Shown here: positions 15,122-29,300 of the stretch, piece after piece
Layout: the number at the start of each line of letters is the position of its first letter
Numbering within the stretch: the stretch's first letter is position 1
DNA from: Octopus sinensis
Taxonomy: Eukaryota
Assembly (NCBI RefSeq): GCF_006345805.1
Contig: NC_043014.1
Location: 50,344,001 to 50,408,000 of the forward strand
Reading direction: 5' to 3'
Length of the DNA: 64,000 bases
Position numbers and translations under genes: made by a program
The notes under the pieces: model-generated
Seen by the model: only the letters and a program-made list of their open reading frames with translations
What the model was told of the DNA's origin: nothing
Database searches by the model: none

Positions 15122-15156
<35 letters not shown>

Positions 15157-15580
15157 TGAAGAAGTGTAACACTAGTAATAAGAACAACAATAACAGAAGC
15201 TGCAGCAATATTAACAAAAACAATTATGAATTTTGATGGTGATTTTTACGATGTTGATGATGCTCATGTTGATGGTGATGATGGTGGTGGTTTGGATGCT
15301 GAAGATGATAATTAAGAGAAGAAAGAGGACGCCGACGATGACGATGATGATGATGATGATGATTAGGAGGAGGAGGAGGACGATGACGGCCATGATGATA
15401 GTTATAATGTTATTATTGATAATAACATTATCGATAAAAATGTATTCTATACTAATGAAAATAATAATCTGACCAAGAGAAGTTATCGAAAGAATAACAA
15501 CACCTATGACATCAACAGCAATAACAGAAATGCTGATAATAAAATTAACCACAACAGCAACAACAACAACAACAATAATG

Positions 15581-15658
<78 letters not shown>

Positions 15659-15700
15659 TAATAATAATATAATAATAATGAGAGCGGGGACAGTAGCAAT
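13930..15700. repeat. Compound triplet arrays (AAT, GAT, GTA, GAA, GAG, GTG, GCA)
   Basis: Direct; explains the poly-L/I/Y/K/V ORFs. Confidence 0.95.
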
Positions 15701-16735
15701 AACATTAATAGCAATAATGATATTAACCAAAAAAAAAAAAAAAGACACGTAAGAATCGCTGAGAAAAGATTAAAAAGAAACTCGGTTTTAAAAAACAGGA
15801 GAAATCAAATTAAAATAAATGAAATAAACATAAGGAAAATATTGGAAATGTTTTGGAAAATAGGATGATTAATGGCGTTCAGTTGGCGATGAAGAAGAGG
15901 AAGGAGGGGAGGGAAAAGCGGGAAGAGGAGAGGAAGGTGAAGGAAGAGGGGGAGAGGAGGAATGGTCGAAGATTGAGAATAAAGGCATCGACAAACGCAA
16001 CGACAACGACGATGATGAGAGAAATAAGTATGCAGATGAAGTTAATGCATGTATGATCGAAAAATAAGGGTATTGAATATGTTTAATAGGGGTATTCAAT
16101 ATATTAAACAAAATCTCTGATATAATTTTGTTAAGAGTAATTTAAATTTCTTTTTTTTTTTACAAAGAAAATAACAGCAGTTGTAGAAGAGTAAAAAGTT
16201 TGCGGTTGTGGTAGAAGTATGCTACTTTAATGTGGATGTTATGTATGTTGAACAAAGAGTCTGAGCTAGTTTCCATACGTCGTTATCAGAATAAATTTCC
16301 TGTCGATATGTATTTTATATACGAAATATGAGACATGAAAAAGTATTTGTTAAACATTAACTCCGTTTAAATTATCATGGACATGCGGGTAAATATATAT
16401 TTGTGATACATTTAGTCAACCTGCAATCTATTTCTGAGATATCTTCTAATATTACTGTTTCTGAAACAACAACCGCCCTCCTCTGCGCTGTGGTTTCGAC
16501 CATGAACTGACGATAATTATATATTGTACAACCTGAGCATACAAACACATATACATACACACACACGCACACACTTATACCCATACATATGTGTAGGTTT
16601 GTGTGTTTCATACGCATTAAGGTATGCATATAACTATTCGGAACACAAATTGTAATTAAATCGATGCCTGTATTGTACCATAAACGTTGGTGTAAAATAT
16701 GTTGCAGGTTACCGAAATACCTGGCTGAAATATTG

Positions 16736-16922
16736 GTTTAAAACTGGCATAGGCCCAGTAAGTGCAAGGTAGGGGGCTCAATCGCGTACCTCAAACCCAG
16801 TGCTCAACTGGTACTTATTTTATCGATCCCAAAATCATGAAAGCAAAATCGACCTCCGAGGAATTTGAACTCAGAACTTAATTATGTACGAAATACCGTT
16901 AAGAGTCCTGCCAGCTCAACTT
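16736..16922 (-). mobile_element. Diverged SINE group A insertion with 19-bp target-site duplication
   Basis: ATACCTGGCTGAAATATTG at 16717-16735 and 16923-16941 flanks a group A-like body. Confidence 0.8.
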
Positions 16923-17289
16923 ATACCTGGCTGAAATATTGTGGCATACGGGTAACTGCTCAAGGCCAGACATATGATTATTAAGAGCACCGGTAGACAA
17001 CTCTCTCCAGAGCCACTGATGGTTCATTATTTTTGATAGACTGAGGACTGCAAGGCGTCTGGAATCTATTTAGTTGGAGTTTTTTTTTCCGATGGCGGCA
17101 ACTACATGGAAGCTATGATCTCTTATTCAGTGATACCATTGTCGGCTTTACTACGTTTGACTTCTCAGTTGGAAAAATAACATGCAGCTGCTTAGTCAAT
17201 GAAGTAATAAATGTGTTCATCGATGACTCTTTATGATACTGGATGCCCTTTGGATTTCTGTTCCTTTTGATTCCATAAGGTTTGGGACA

Positions 17290-18023
17290 GCGGCGAACTG
17301 GCAGAAACGTTAGCACACCGGGCGAAATGCGTAGCCGTATTTCGTCTGTCGTTACGTTGTGAGTTCAAATTCCGCAGAGGTCGACTTTGCCTTTCATCCT
17401 TTCAGGGTCGATTAAATAAGTACCAGTTACGCACTGGGGTCGATATAATCGACTTAATCCGTGTGTCTGTCCTTGTTTGTCCCTTGTGGGTAGTAAAGAA
17501 AGGTATTTGTGGTTTACTCGATTCTCCGACTTAAAAAGTAAAGATGCCAGTAATTATAAGACTTGAATTATTAGACAATATAATTCCTTTCAAAGGCGTT
17601 GAGCTGGCAAAAACGTTAGCACCCCGGTCCAAATGCTTAGCGGTATTTCGTCTGTCTTTATGTTCTGAGTTGAAATTCCGCCGAGGTCGACTGTGTCTTT
17701 CATCCTTTCGGGGTCGATAAATTAAGTACCAGTTACGCACTGGGGTCGATGTAATCGACTTAATCCCTTTGTCTGTCCTTATTTGTCCCCTCTATGTTTA
17801 GCCCCTTGTGGGCAGTAAAGAAATAAGAAACGTTAGCACCCCGGGCCAAATGCTTAGTGGTATTTTGTCTGTCTTTATGTTCTGAGATCATTTTCCCCCG
17901 AGTTCGACTTTGTCTTTCATCATTTCGAGGTCGATAAATGAAGTACAAATTGCGCACTGGAACCGATCTAATCGACTGGCCTCTTCCTCCAAAATTTCGG
18001 GCATGGAACCTAGAGTATAAAAT
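17290..18023 (+). mobile_element. Cluster of three SINE group A units; 17594-18023 bracketed by a 17-bp direct repeat
   Basis: Heads at about 17290, 17594 and 17827; AATATAATTCCTTTCAA at 17577-17593 and 18024-18040. Confidence 0.85.
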
Positions 18024-20059
18024 AATATAATTCCTTTCAATACATCTAAAACAGCCAACGATATCATATAACAACAGGTGAAAAAATATCCATACATTTT
18101 AATCTGGCAAATAATTCGCGGAAAGGTTTTAAACAAATGAAATTCTAAAGGCTTCAGCTTATACACTCAACAACAAAACCAGATAATATAACGAACAGTT
18201 ATAAGGAGTTGCTATCGATTGACAACTTGAACCTGAATGTTCTACCTTCAAAACAATAAACGCATTGACTTAAGTTTTTGTCTGATTCATTAATAACAAT
18301 GCAACCCGTCTTAAACCACTGAAACGAAGTGCAAACATATCGTTAGTTGCCAAATATTACATGACAAATCAGAATGTCTCATATATATTATATAAGAACT
18401 ATTAGCGTTACTTCTCATATGTCATGTCTTATATTTGGTTTTTGACAAAGTATACGAATATCACTTTATGTCGTTTAAGCATATTTTCTTATTTTTATCC
18501 TCTAGTTTCGTAACATTTCCCCCTTCTCCTCATCACTCTCTTTCCTTGTTATTTAACCTGTCGTATTTATCCTGTTCTACGTTTTTTTTCATCCTGTTAT
18601 TTATATCTCAGAAATTTATGCTGCCGAGACAACCAATTTAAAGAATATTGCCAGAAGGTGTCGAAAATGTGATGATTTTTGTATACAACGAAGCAGGAGT
18701 GGAGCATGTCTGCGTCCATATCTATGTGAGAATTTTTCTGTATGGTCCATTGTTTTTTTTAACTGTGTCACATCATATAGAGACTTATATATGTCTGCCA
18801 TCTTGAGTTTACTCATAGATATTACGCATGGTACGTATTTAAATTCCTGTGATTGTTCTATTGGTCTTTGTCGTATCACTTAGTTACAAAGGCATAAATT
18901 GAAACCCGTTGTTAAACGACGGGTTGCACGCACGCAACTCCCACTTTCATGCACACATGCACACGCACATACACGCGCGCAGACACACACACATATACAC
19001 ACACGCACGCACACACATATAAACGCAAACCCACACACATGGAGTGTTAAACAACAACAACAACAACGAGGAGCAAAGGGGAGGTTTTGTACTGCAATTA
19101 ATTTTGATATTACTACGTGGATAAAATAGAAGGCAATTGGCCCCGAGTTACACACTACATTTGATATCACTTTTATACCACGCCTGAAAAAAGGAAATTA
19201 TTTTAACTTCTAGAGCACCTTTCATCATACAACCGTTTACACACTCGTTATTTGGGGCCAAACACCAGTGGCAATAACAACGAAAACGAACAACAAATCC
19301 TTTACGTAATCTGAGGTACTATTAGAAGAAAAAATACTAGGGAATTTTCCATCGGGTTACTCACTACAACAAGACGACCAAAGTTTTTTTTTTTTTTCCA
19401 AGGTCTGGGCTCTCTCGCCTCTAAGCCCTAGACAATCACCTAATCACCCTTATCCGTCTTGTTACTTAACAACAACAAAAGCAACAGCAGCAGCAGCAAC
19501 ATCAGCGACCGGAGTATCACACAAAAATGCCAAAACAACAAGAGCCAGAACGGAAACAATACAAGAAAAAGAATAGCTACAACAACAACAACTGCCACCG
19601 CAGCACCAACACGAACGACAACAAATTCCGTCCATTGTTCCAGCAACTACTCGGTTAAATATTTCTCGCGTAGAATGAATTAGTGTAAAAAGATGTTTAG
19701 TATTATATCGATTCATACTAATCTAGCCCTGTCCTACTAAATTTCACCTCCTGCATAGAGATACAGAGAAATCAATAACCATTCTGTGTATGATGTAACA
19801 ATATATTATAGCTCCAGATATACGTCACTGCAGAGGGAAAAATTGACGAACGCAAAAGTTGGTCATAAAAATATTTTAGTTCGTCGTTGGTTGGTCGTAA
19901 ACTGAAAAGATAAACACAAACAATATTTTTCAATCGCCATCTTGTTTTTAATTTACAAGCTTATTTTTGCTTTGTTTTCGATATTTTATTAGGTAGAGTT
20001 CCAAAGAATTCGGACTACCTCTTGTTGACTTCTACTAATCATCGATGTTACGAGGGCGC

Positions 20060-20500
20060 TAAGGCAGCAACCTGGCAGAATCGTTACCGCATCAAACGGA
20101 ATTAATCTGCGGTATTTCTTCTGTCATTTTATGTTCTAGGTTCAAATCCTGCCGAGGTCGACTTTGCCTATTATCCTTTCGCGGTCGATAAAATATGTAC
20201 CAGTTTAACTTTGAGGTCGACGTAATCTACTTTGTTTTCCTTGAAAAGATTCAGCCCTTGTGACTGTAGGTGTAGGAGTGGCTGTGTGGTAAGTAGCTTG
20301 CTTACAACCACATGGTTCCGGGTTCTGGCAGAGGGATGATAGAATGATCAGCGCGCCGGACAAAATATTGTGCAGCATTTCGTCAAACATTACGATTTGT
20401 GTTTAAATTCCACTGATGTCGACTTTGTCGTTAATCGTTTTGAGGTCGATAAAATAAGTACCAGTCAAACACTGGGGTCAACATGTTCGATTCTTCCACT
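20060..20500 (+). mobile_element. Two old group A SINEs with a group B head fragment between them
   Basis: CTGGCAGAATCGTTA...GGTTCAAATCCTGCCGAGGTCGACTTTG; GGAGTGGCTGTGTGGTAAGTAGC; second decayed group A body at ~20330-20490. Confidence 0.7.
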
Positions 20501-20801
20501 CCTCAAAATTTCGGACTCTGTGTTTGTAGTAGAAAGGATTAATTAAGTAAATTTAGTATTGGCTTGATGAAAGTGACCACTTATGATTCGGAAAATTCAA
20601 TAATTGGGAAAGGCTTTAAAGCCAAACGTTCCTGAAAATCGATATTTTATCTATAATGATAGCTGTATTTGTTGATTCAGATCAGTTGCGGTGCCAACTG
20701 TTTTAAGGCCAAGATAATCATATCAATCAACTCTTTTTTTTTATTCTCGTATTATCTCTTTTGGGTTTTCTCTTCCTTTACAATTCATGGAATACCTAAA
20801 C

Positions 20802-20931
20802 CAGCGCTTCTCATCCGTGGGTCCCTATGCCGCATGACGCCTTCAAGGACCATTCAGTGGTCTCCGACGGCCCTCTACAGCAGTGCAGGTTTTAGATGTG
20901 GCCCGTATATTAAAAAAGGTTGAGGTCCACT
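20802..20931. mobile_element. Possible hAT-type MITE
   Basis: Ends CAGCGCTTCTCA... and ...AAAAAGGTTGAGGTCCACTA resemble hAT/Charlie-type termini; degenerate. Confidence 0.4.
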
Positions 20932-21559
20932 AATCAAGAAACGGCTTCTTTCTTCACTCGTTTTAATGGTTAGATTTGTTCTTGTGCCCCTATTTGTTGT
21001 TGTTATTATTATTTAGCTTAAAGTAGGCCTAGGAATTTGGTTGTTGAACACACAACCATAATAATGCTGATTCAAGTCCTTGTCTGGTAGGGTGTTAAGC
21101 AAAGTGTTTAATTTCACGTAACTCCAGCCTACTTACCGCATAAAAACAAGGACCAGCTTAGGTTTTGTTCATTCGTTTCTATCTTATGATATTTCTATTT
21201 TCTGCTGGGTGACACCAGGAGGGAAGATATGTATATCTCTGTTCGCATTTGCAAAGGAACACGAAATACTTCACAAAAGCGTTTTGTATGCTAACATGTC
21301 ACACTCCCTCGCTAGTGACGGCTATGACTGCGTCTACATTTCACGTATGTACATATATACGTATCTGTACATAGACACACACAGCCGGCCGCCAACACTT
21401 TTTTTTCTGCAAAATAGAGGTAGCTTATCCTGTTCAGGATATATTAATAGCACTATTCTGCGTTTGAGAATTTAAAATCACTTCTTTAACTTTCTAAGAC
21501 AGCTCAACTCTTCTGAAACAAACTTCGTTTGTTTGTTTACGTTCATCGTAATTTGAATT

Positions 21560-21562
<3 letters not shown>

Positions 21563-21650
<88 letters not shown>

Positions 21651-21873
21651 TATATATATATACTCTCTTTACTCTCTTTTACTTGTTTCAGTCATTTGAC
21701 TGCGGCCATGCTGGAGCACCGCCTTTAGTCGAGCAAATCGACCCCGGGACTTATTCTTTGTAAGCCCAGTACTTATTCTATCGGTTCTTTTGCCGAACCG
21801 CTAAGTGACGGGGACGTAAACACACCAGCATCGGTTGTGAAGCAATGCTAGGGGAACAAAGACAGACACACAA

Positions 21874-21924
<51 letters not shown>

Positions 21925-22090
21925 ATACATATATACGACAGGCTTCTTTCAGTTTCTGTCTACCAAATGCACTCACAAGGCATTGGTCGGCCCGGGGCTA
22001 TAGCAGAAGACACTTGCCCAAGATGCCACGCAGTGGGACTAAACCCGGAACCATGTGGTTGGTTAGCAAGTTACTTACCACACAGCCACT
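21563..22090 (-). mobile_element. (CA)n array followed by a SINE group B copy (21660-22090)
   Basis: Direct match to the group B copy at 12520-12916. Confidence 0.9.
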
Positions 22091-22764
22091 CACACGTATA
22101 TACATATACAGGTTGTGCATCAAATTCAAAAAAGGGAAAAGGATAAGCGAGCAGGGTGTGCGCAGCCAACGGAGCCCAAAGGAAATTATCCTGTTATTGC
22201 TAATAAAGATTTTTTTTTCGCCGATGTTCTCCAATAAATTGTACTAAGTTCTACTTATTTCGTTTGGAATTTTTCAAATTGGACTTCCTGTATATATAGT
22301 CCAGGTTTTACCACACTGTTATGCTATGCCTACTAAGCGGAAAAAAATATCCTAGACAATGCTCTACCTATTTAACTAAACTGCAGAATTATATTTTCGT
22401 TGGTGACAATTCTCAGTATTGCGTTGGTATAACTCTTTTTGGTTATTCGCTCTTCTGGCTATTAGCATCATACAGGGATTGAAACACCAAACGCTAAAGA
22501 TGAAACATTCGCACTGAAAGATATTCCCCTAAAACATATTTTTCTGTTTGAAGTCTGCGATTGCCTTTATATATGGTAATGGTCTCTATTTTTTTTTTAT
22601 TTTATTTTACTTCTAAATCAGAATTTCTTTCAATATGTTTCTGCTTCGCTAAATGTTTACACTTGAACATTTGTAAAAGATAGAAAGAAAAAAAAAAGTC
22701 TTTTTGAAAGATAGGAAAATTTGAATTCACTGTTATCAGCATTCCGGAATATATTTCTCAGCAA

Positions 22765-22787
22765 AATTTGGTCTGTATATGCATATG

Positions 22788-22819
<32 letters not shown>

Positions 22820-22834
22820 CATACATATATATAC

Positions 22835-22868
<34 letters not shown>

Positions 22869-23095
22869 TATATATATATATATATATATACATATATATA
22901 TACATACATATATATATATATGTATGTATATATATATATATAAACATATATATATATATGTAAATATATATATATATATATATATATGCTTGTATATATA
23001 TATATATGTATACATACATATATATATGTATATATACATATATGCTAACATAAATATCTGTGTATATGTATATATATGTACGCACACACACACGC

Positions 23096-23134
<39 letters not shown>

Positions 23135-23140
23135 TGTGTG
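22765..23140. repeat. (TA)n-rich microsatellite
   Basis: Direct; YI-repeat ORFs are artefacts. Confidence 0.95.
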
Positions 23141-23875
23141 TGTATCTTCGTTTGGAAACCAAACGCATTAAGCCTCTTCATCAATTTCTTTCAGACCATC
23201 CTTAGTTGTTGTTATTTCTCCCCGTGTTTGGTATTTATTTAATTTGTTTTAAATTTACTCAATTACAATTAGAATAAAATTAAGAAACCTTTATCAGTTG
23301 CGCAGAAACAAATGTATTTATAAAATAAGGAACAAATGTTTTTTTTTTTTTTGTTGTACAAGGTTTCATTTACATAAATTGCAAATGGAAGACCGAATTC
23401 GATTTAACGCTAAAAGGAGAAGTTACAATTTGCATAGAGTTCTCAGATTACGCAAGCCATTATTTCAATTTGAAATAACAAAAGAGAAAGAATTTAACGA
23501 GATGCAACGACACGCAGGCAACAACATCGGAAACTTGTAATTATTCATACGATGTAGAATACTACGTCGCCTTTCGGTGATATGTTTGGTTATATTCTAT
23601 TCTATGTTCCTTGCAGAGCTTTTTGGTGATTTTACGTTTACCATTTTTGATTTTCTTTAGACTGTAATAATGTAATTATTATCTTCACAAAGATCCTACG
23701 CGAAATATGTTCTGTTTCTGTTATATTCCCTAAATGTAAGAATGTCTGTTTGCTTGTTCCTCCCATTAGACTTTCTCTCATTCATTTCCAATTTCTGATT
23801 ATCACACTACAACCATTTCTGCATAAACCATTTCTCAAATGTCTGCGTTTCAATGTTTATACATACATACATACA

Positions 23876-23968
<93 letters not shown>

Positions 23969-24140
23969 CAAAAAAGGGTAATAACATAGATTACTACCAG
24001 TGGCCCAGCACCAAAGACGAATTAGTCATTAGACAAAATATTATTCATATAGAAATATGATTAAGGGCTCCTAAATAAGGATGCCAAGTGCTAGGGACAC
24101 AAAAAAGGGATAAATCATCGAGAGTGAAGATCAAAAACAT

Positions 24141-24197
<57 letters not shown>

Positions 24198-25037
24198 GAA
24201 ATATGTTACGAAAAGAAAATATTAAATACACGTGGAAATGTAAGGGTAAAATATGAAAAAAATCAACGAAAATGCATATTGCAAATAGAAAAAGGCTATT
24301 TATGACAGGTAACGACAAATATATACATTTAGATTGACTGAGGTAGTAATACGAGTCATAAATGTCATTATCAAGAGATGATTATAAGATGATAATAAAG
24401 TAAGAGAACAAAACGAACCAGTGATTTACGCGAAGGCTATTCATCGTTTGAACAACACCGGTTAATATATATATATATAATATATATATATATATAATAT
24501 ATATATATATATATGTATGTATGTACGTATATACGACCAAAACGCCGCCCGTTCAATGGATGATGCTGAGTGGTCAAACATTTAAACCGAATTTTCTCAA
24601 AACAACTTCTCCGACCGTCCAATAGGCCTCCCCTTTGAGAAACACTGATTTAACCTAAATTTGAGACACCAATCAGGCCGGATTTTTTGGTGCAAACTGC
24701 ACGTGTATTTTTCTCGCGTACACGTATTATCGATAGCAACAGCTATCTTAATTCGCTGCTGCACACTTAAGCGACCTGCCATCGGGAAAATAATGAGAGA
24801 TGAGGCAATTAAAAAATCGGATTCCCCATTAGTGTTGGCTGTTTAAAAAATGTTTTCGCCATGACTTCAGCGATACTCAATATTCTATAAGGAATTCTTA
24901 ATGCCTAGTTACTTTCCACCCAACGCGTGAACTAACACTCACGCACACACACAGACACACACACATACACACACACACACAAACGCATACATACATACAC
25001 ATACACTTACACATAGCGAGACACAGACAGACAGGTA

Positions 25038-25270
25038 AGGCGGCGAGCTGGCAGAAACGTTAGCACGCCGGGCGAAATGCTTAGCAGTATTTTGTCTGCC
25101 GTTACGTTCTGAGTTCAAATATCACCGAGGTCGACTTTGCCTTTCATCCTTTCGGGGTCGATTAAATAAGTACCAGTTACGCACTGGGATCGACATAATC
25201 AACTTAATCCCTTTGTCTGTCCTTGTTTGTCCTCTCTGTGTTTAGCACCTTGTGGGTAGTAAAGAAAGAG
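25038..25270 (+). mobile_element. SINE group A, full length
   Basis: GGCGGCGAGCTGGCAGAAACGTTAGC ... TGGGTAGTAAAGAAA. Confidence 0.9.
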
Positions 25271-25329
25271 GTAGTTACAATTATAGATGTTGATATATCT
25301 GATACAAATATACAAAAACACAGATCATC

Positions 25330-25975
25330 TGTCAGACAGCCAGGTGCGCTCTTTGTATTCAGGTGTCGGCTTGCCAAGACTTTCCATCTCCGTCTGTGTG
25401 GTGCTATAATACATACAATCAGCCAGACTCTTGTTTCCAGTTCATCCTTTGATAGCGTCATCCCACATTGGTTCTTGCTTTCGCCTTCACCACACTTGCC
25501 ATGGGGCTGATCTTGGGCAATGGATCGAGGCACAAATGGATGCACAAGGTATAAATTTGTGGACTTAATTCTCGGCAAAACTTATCTCTGGGAGTTCATC
25601 ATTTTTAAAACCACAGCCTTACAAAATTTTTTCTGTTACTGGTTATTCTTCCCAAGCTGCAAAAGATCCACATCACAAAGACATTTGCAAATGGGTGCTG
25701 AAATGCTCATAGCTTTTAGGGAATCACGAAAGACTTGGCTGGAGGTTCAACCTACCGAGTTCTTTTTACAAGGCTTAGAAAAACAGAAGGACCGACCGCT
25801 GCGATAATAGTATAATTTCGAGAGTGGATTATGTTGAATAAATTCATAATTAACTGATCCTCCTGTATTTTCGCCTTACCCAAAGCCAGGAACTTTTTAG
25901 CACCACGTCGTATTTTCTTCTCCATTGCTGTATATACTCTCCATGATTCTTCCGCATCGAAGATAATTAGCAAAC
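25330..25975 (-). mobile_element. Possible decayed RTE-like LINE 3' remnant
   Basis: Minus frames show loose similarity to RTE C-termini (AEESW...MEKKIRR; A.HRRRWK.L); many stops. Confidence 0.3.
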
Positions 25976-26279
25976 AATGATAGTATATTTGTCTCAGTTT
26001 TAGGGGCAGAGATATGTCATCTGTGTTTTAGCCATAAGTATTTTATGATTCACTTCTACACAGCAACGGTTCCTAATTTATGATTTCTCGTAAACACCTC
26101 GTTTGTTACCTGTTCTACATCTCCCTTCATATTTCATTCATGTCGCTTTCCTCTTTTACAATGCCAACAATTCCATGTAATTTCGGTACCGGTGCCTACC
26201 AATAAAATCTATATCATCAGTAAATGTTATATTATTTATATTTATATGCAGTTGACTGAGTCATTTGGTCACGTTTGCA

Positions 26280-26734
26280 TCTATGTATATTTGTATGTAT
26301 GCATGTATGTATGTATGAATATATGTATGTATATGCATGTATGTATGTATGCATGTATGCATGTATGTATGTATGTGTGTATGTATGTATATATGTATGT
26401 ATATGCATGTATGTATGTGTGTATGTATGTTATGTATGTATGTATGTATGTATGTATGTATGTATGTATGTATATATGTATGAATATATGTATGTATATG
26501 CATGTATGTATGTATGTATGTATGTGTATATGTATGTATGTATTATGTATGTATGTATGTATGTATGTATGTATGTATGTATGTGTGTATGCATGTAGGT
26601 ATGTAGTATGTATGCATGTATGTATGTATGAATATATGTATGTATATGCATGTATGTATGTATGTATGCATGCATGTATGTATGTATGTGTGTATGTATG
26701 TATATATGTATGTATATGAATGTATGTATGTGTG

Positions 26735-26765
<31 letters not shown>

Positions 26766-27158
26766 GTATGTATGTATGCATGTATGTATGTATGTATGTA
26801 TGCATGTATGTATGTATGTATGTGTGTATGTATGTATATATGTATGTATATGAATGTATGTATGTGTGTATGTATGTATGTATGTATGTATATATGTATG
26901 TATGTACGCATGCATGTATGTATGCATGCATGTAAGTATGTATGTATGTAAGTATGTTTATGTATGTATGTATGTATGTATGTATGTATGCATGTATGTA
27001 TGCATGTATGTATGTATGCAAGTACGTATATATGTATGTATGCATATATGTATGTATGTATGTATGTATGCATGTATGTATGTATGTATGTATGTATGTA
27101 TGTATGTGTGTATGTATGTATGCATGTGTGTATGAATGCGTATATGTATGTATGTATG
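26280..27158. repeat. ~880-bp (TATG)n array with recurring variant blocks
   Basis: Direct; the 306-aa HTYI ORF is an artefact. Confidence 0.95.
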
Positions 27159-27484
27159 TGTGAAGGCGCGTGGGCTTAGTGGTTAGGCGCATTTGGCTCA
27201 TGATCGTAAGGCTGTGAGTTCAATTCCCGGCGACGCGTTGTGTCCTTGAGCAAGACACTTTATTTCATGTTGTTCCAGTTCATTCAGCTGGAAAAAAGGA
27301 GTAGTACCAGTATTTCAAAGGGCCAGCCCTGTCACACAGTGTCACGCTGAATCTCCCCGAGAACTACGTTATGGGTACACGTGTCTGTGGAGTGCTCAGC
27401 CTCTTGCACGTTAATTTCACGAGCAGGCTGTTCCGTTGATCGTATCAGCTGGGACCCTCGTCGTCGCAACTGACGGAGTGCTCC
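27159..27484 (+). mobile_element. SINE group C (head 2 + CORE-like body 2 + tail X)
   Basis: GGCTTAGTGGTTAGG...GAGTTCAATTCCC, then GTCCTTGAGCAAGACACTTT...CAGCTGG, then the tail shared with 11644-12028. Confidence 0.85.
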
Positions 27485-27502
27485 TATGTATGTATGTATG
27501 TA

Positions 27503-27730
27503 TACCTATTTCTTTACTACCCACAAGGGGCTAAACACAGAGGGGACAAACAAGCACATACAGACGGATGTCATCGACGAATTACATCGACCCCATTGCG
27601 TAACTGGTACTTAATATATCGACCCCGAAAGGATGAATTTCGGCGAAATTTGAACTCACAACGTAACGGCAGACGAAATACGGCTACGCATTTCGACCGG
27701 CGTGCTAACGATTCTGCTAGCTCGCCGCCT
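27503..27730 (-). mobile_element. SINE group A with an internal deletion
   Basis: Group A match lacking the AAGGCAAAGTCGACC segment. Confidence 0.85.
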
Positions 27731-28583
27731 TATGTATGTATATATGTATACCGTCTGCTGGACCAATTACCGATAGATCAGCCTTGGTTGCTCGTGAATG
27801 ATCTCTTTCAAACAACCATCATAGAACTGAACAGATTAGCCAGAATATGGCTTGCCTGTCAGATCAAATTTCTCCTCCTTGAAGCGTAAAACCGATTTCT
27901 GCGCAGTTCCTCCAGTAAAAGGGCCTTCTTCGTACACGTCACAAAATATCTAGAGCGGTTTTAGTAAATTTAAAAGCTTGACTGAAAGCAAAGAATATCA
28001 GGTGTAGAAGATGCTCGCTCTTTTTTTCCTATTTGACACTTTATCCCCACCAGACTGCAAAGGTATGAAATTTATGAATATTCCAGAAACGATAAACAAA
28101 TGTTGTTGGAGAAGCATAGAGATACAAAACAAAAAAAAAAAACCTGAAGCATTGCGATAAAAAAATGTTATTGTGTGTTAATTCAAACAACACTGGAATA
28201 AAATAGAACGAAATAGTGAGACACAACTCTCTCCCTTTCTACGTACATACATACATACATACATACATACATGCATGCATACATACATATATACATATGT
28301 GCATACGTACATACATACATGCATGCATACATATATGTACAAACATACACACATAGATATATATACATATATATGTTTGTGAGTGTGTGTGTATATACAT
28401 ATGTACTTTTATAAATATATTTATATATATATATACATCAATATTTATTTATGTATGTGCATATATATACATATATATATATATATATATTAAAAATATA
28501 TTCGAGACAAAACCACTGTTTGCAAAACAAACAAGGAAAGACTTAATCAATACATAAAATTTTAATAAATAGTCAAAAAACCG

Positions 28584-28626
28584 CCACTACAATCGTTTCT
28601 TGTCTTGATCGACAATCTTCAGGTGG
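28584..28626 (-). ncRNA. Minimal type I hammerhead-like motif HH1
   Basis: Minus strand CCAC-CTGAAGA-TTGTC(GATCAA)GACAA-GAAA-CGAT-T-GTAG. Intact core and perfect 5-bp helix II; helices I and III each carry a mismatch. Confidence 0.6.
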
Positions 28627-28756
28627 ACTTCCAATAATTCAGTGTCAAATTATAATATATATATATATATATATATATTATAATATATGCACATATATTA
28701 TATATGTATACATGTGTCTATATATGTTTATATCTATCTCCATCAGTATCAATATA

Positions 28757-28838
<82 letters not shown>

Positions 28839-28984
28839 TAAATATGTATATTTAATAATAAAATTTTTAAAATAGTAATGTTTTAAATTCATTTAATATA
28901 TACGCTTGGTGTTTGCTCAATATATATGTAATAGGAAATGTGTCCAGGATGTGAACCTTCCTCAATGAAAACGAGGTAATACTT

Positions 28985-29300
28985 TTGCCTACTTACCTTG
29001 GAAGACGTGCTCCCAGGGTAAGGGGTGGAAGAGATCCGCCGGAAGTAGATGTCGTCTGGCTGGTGGTTGCAATACTGTTGGATGTAGAAGAGAAGATAGG
29101 GGTTCTAGAGAACGTCACCAAAGAATGGCAAGGGCGGGCAGACCCTGGAGATAATCATCTGGGCTGCAGCGGAGGACCTTGAAGGATTGATCGACGCCAT
29201 AACGGTGGGTGAGGAGGTGATGTTAAGAGTTATAGAGAAGGGCAGGAGGCCCCGCTGCTTTAAATGTTGCCAGAAGGGCCACATAAGAGCAGACACCCCT
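28985..29300 (+). mobile_element. LINE ORF1/gag-like remnant with zinc knuckle
   Basis: GRRPRCFKCCQKGHIRADTP (29256-29297) fits CX2CX4HX4C with the last C replaced by T; frameshifted and followed by a group A SINE at ~29312. Confidence 0.6.
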
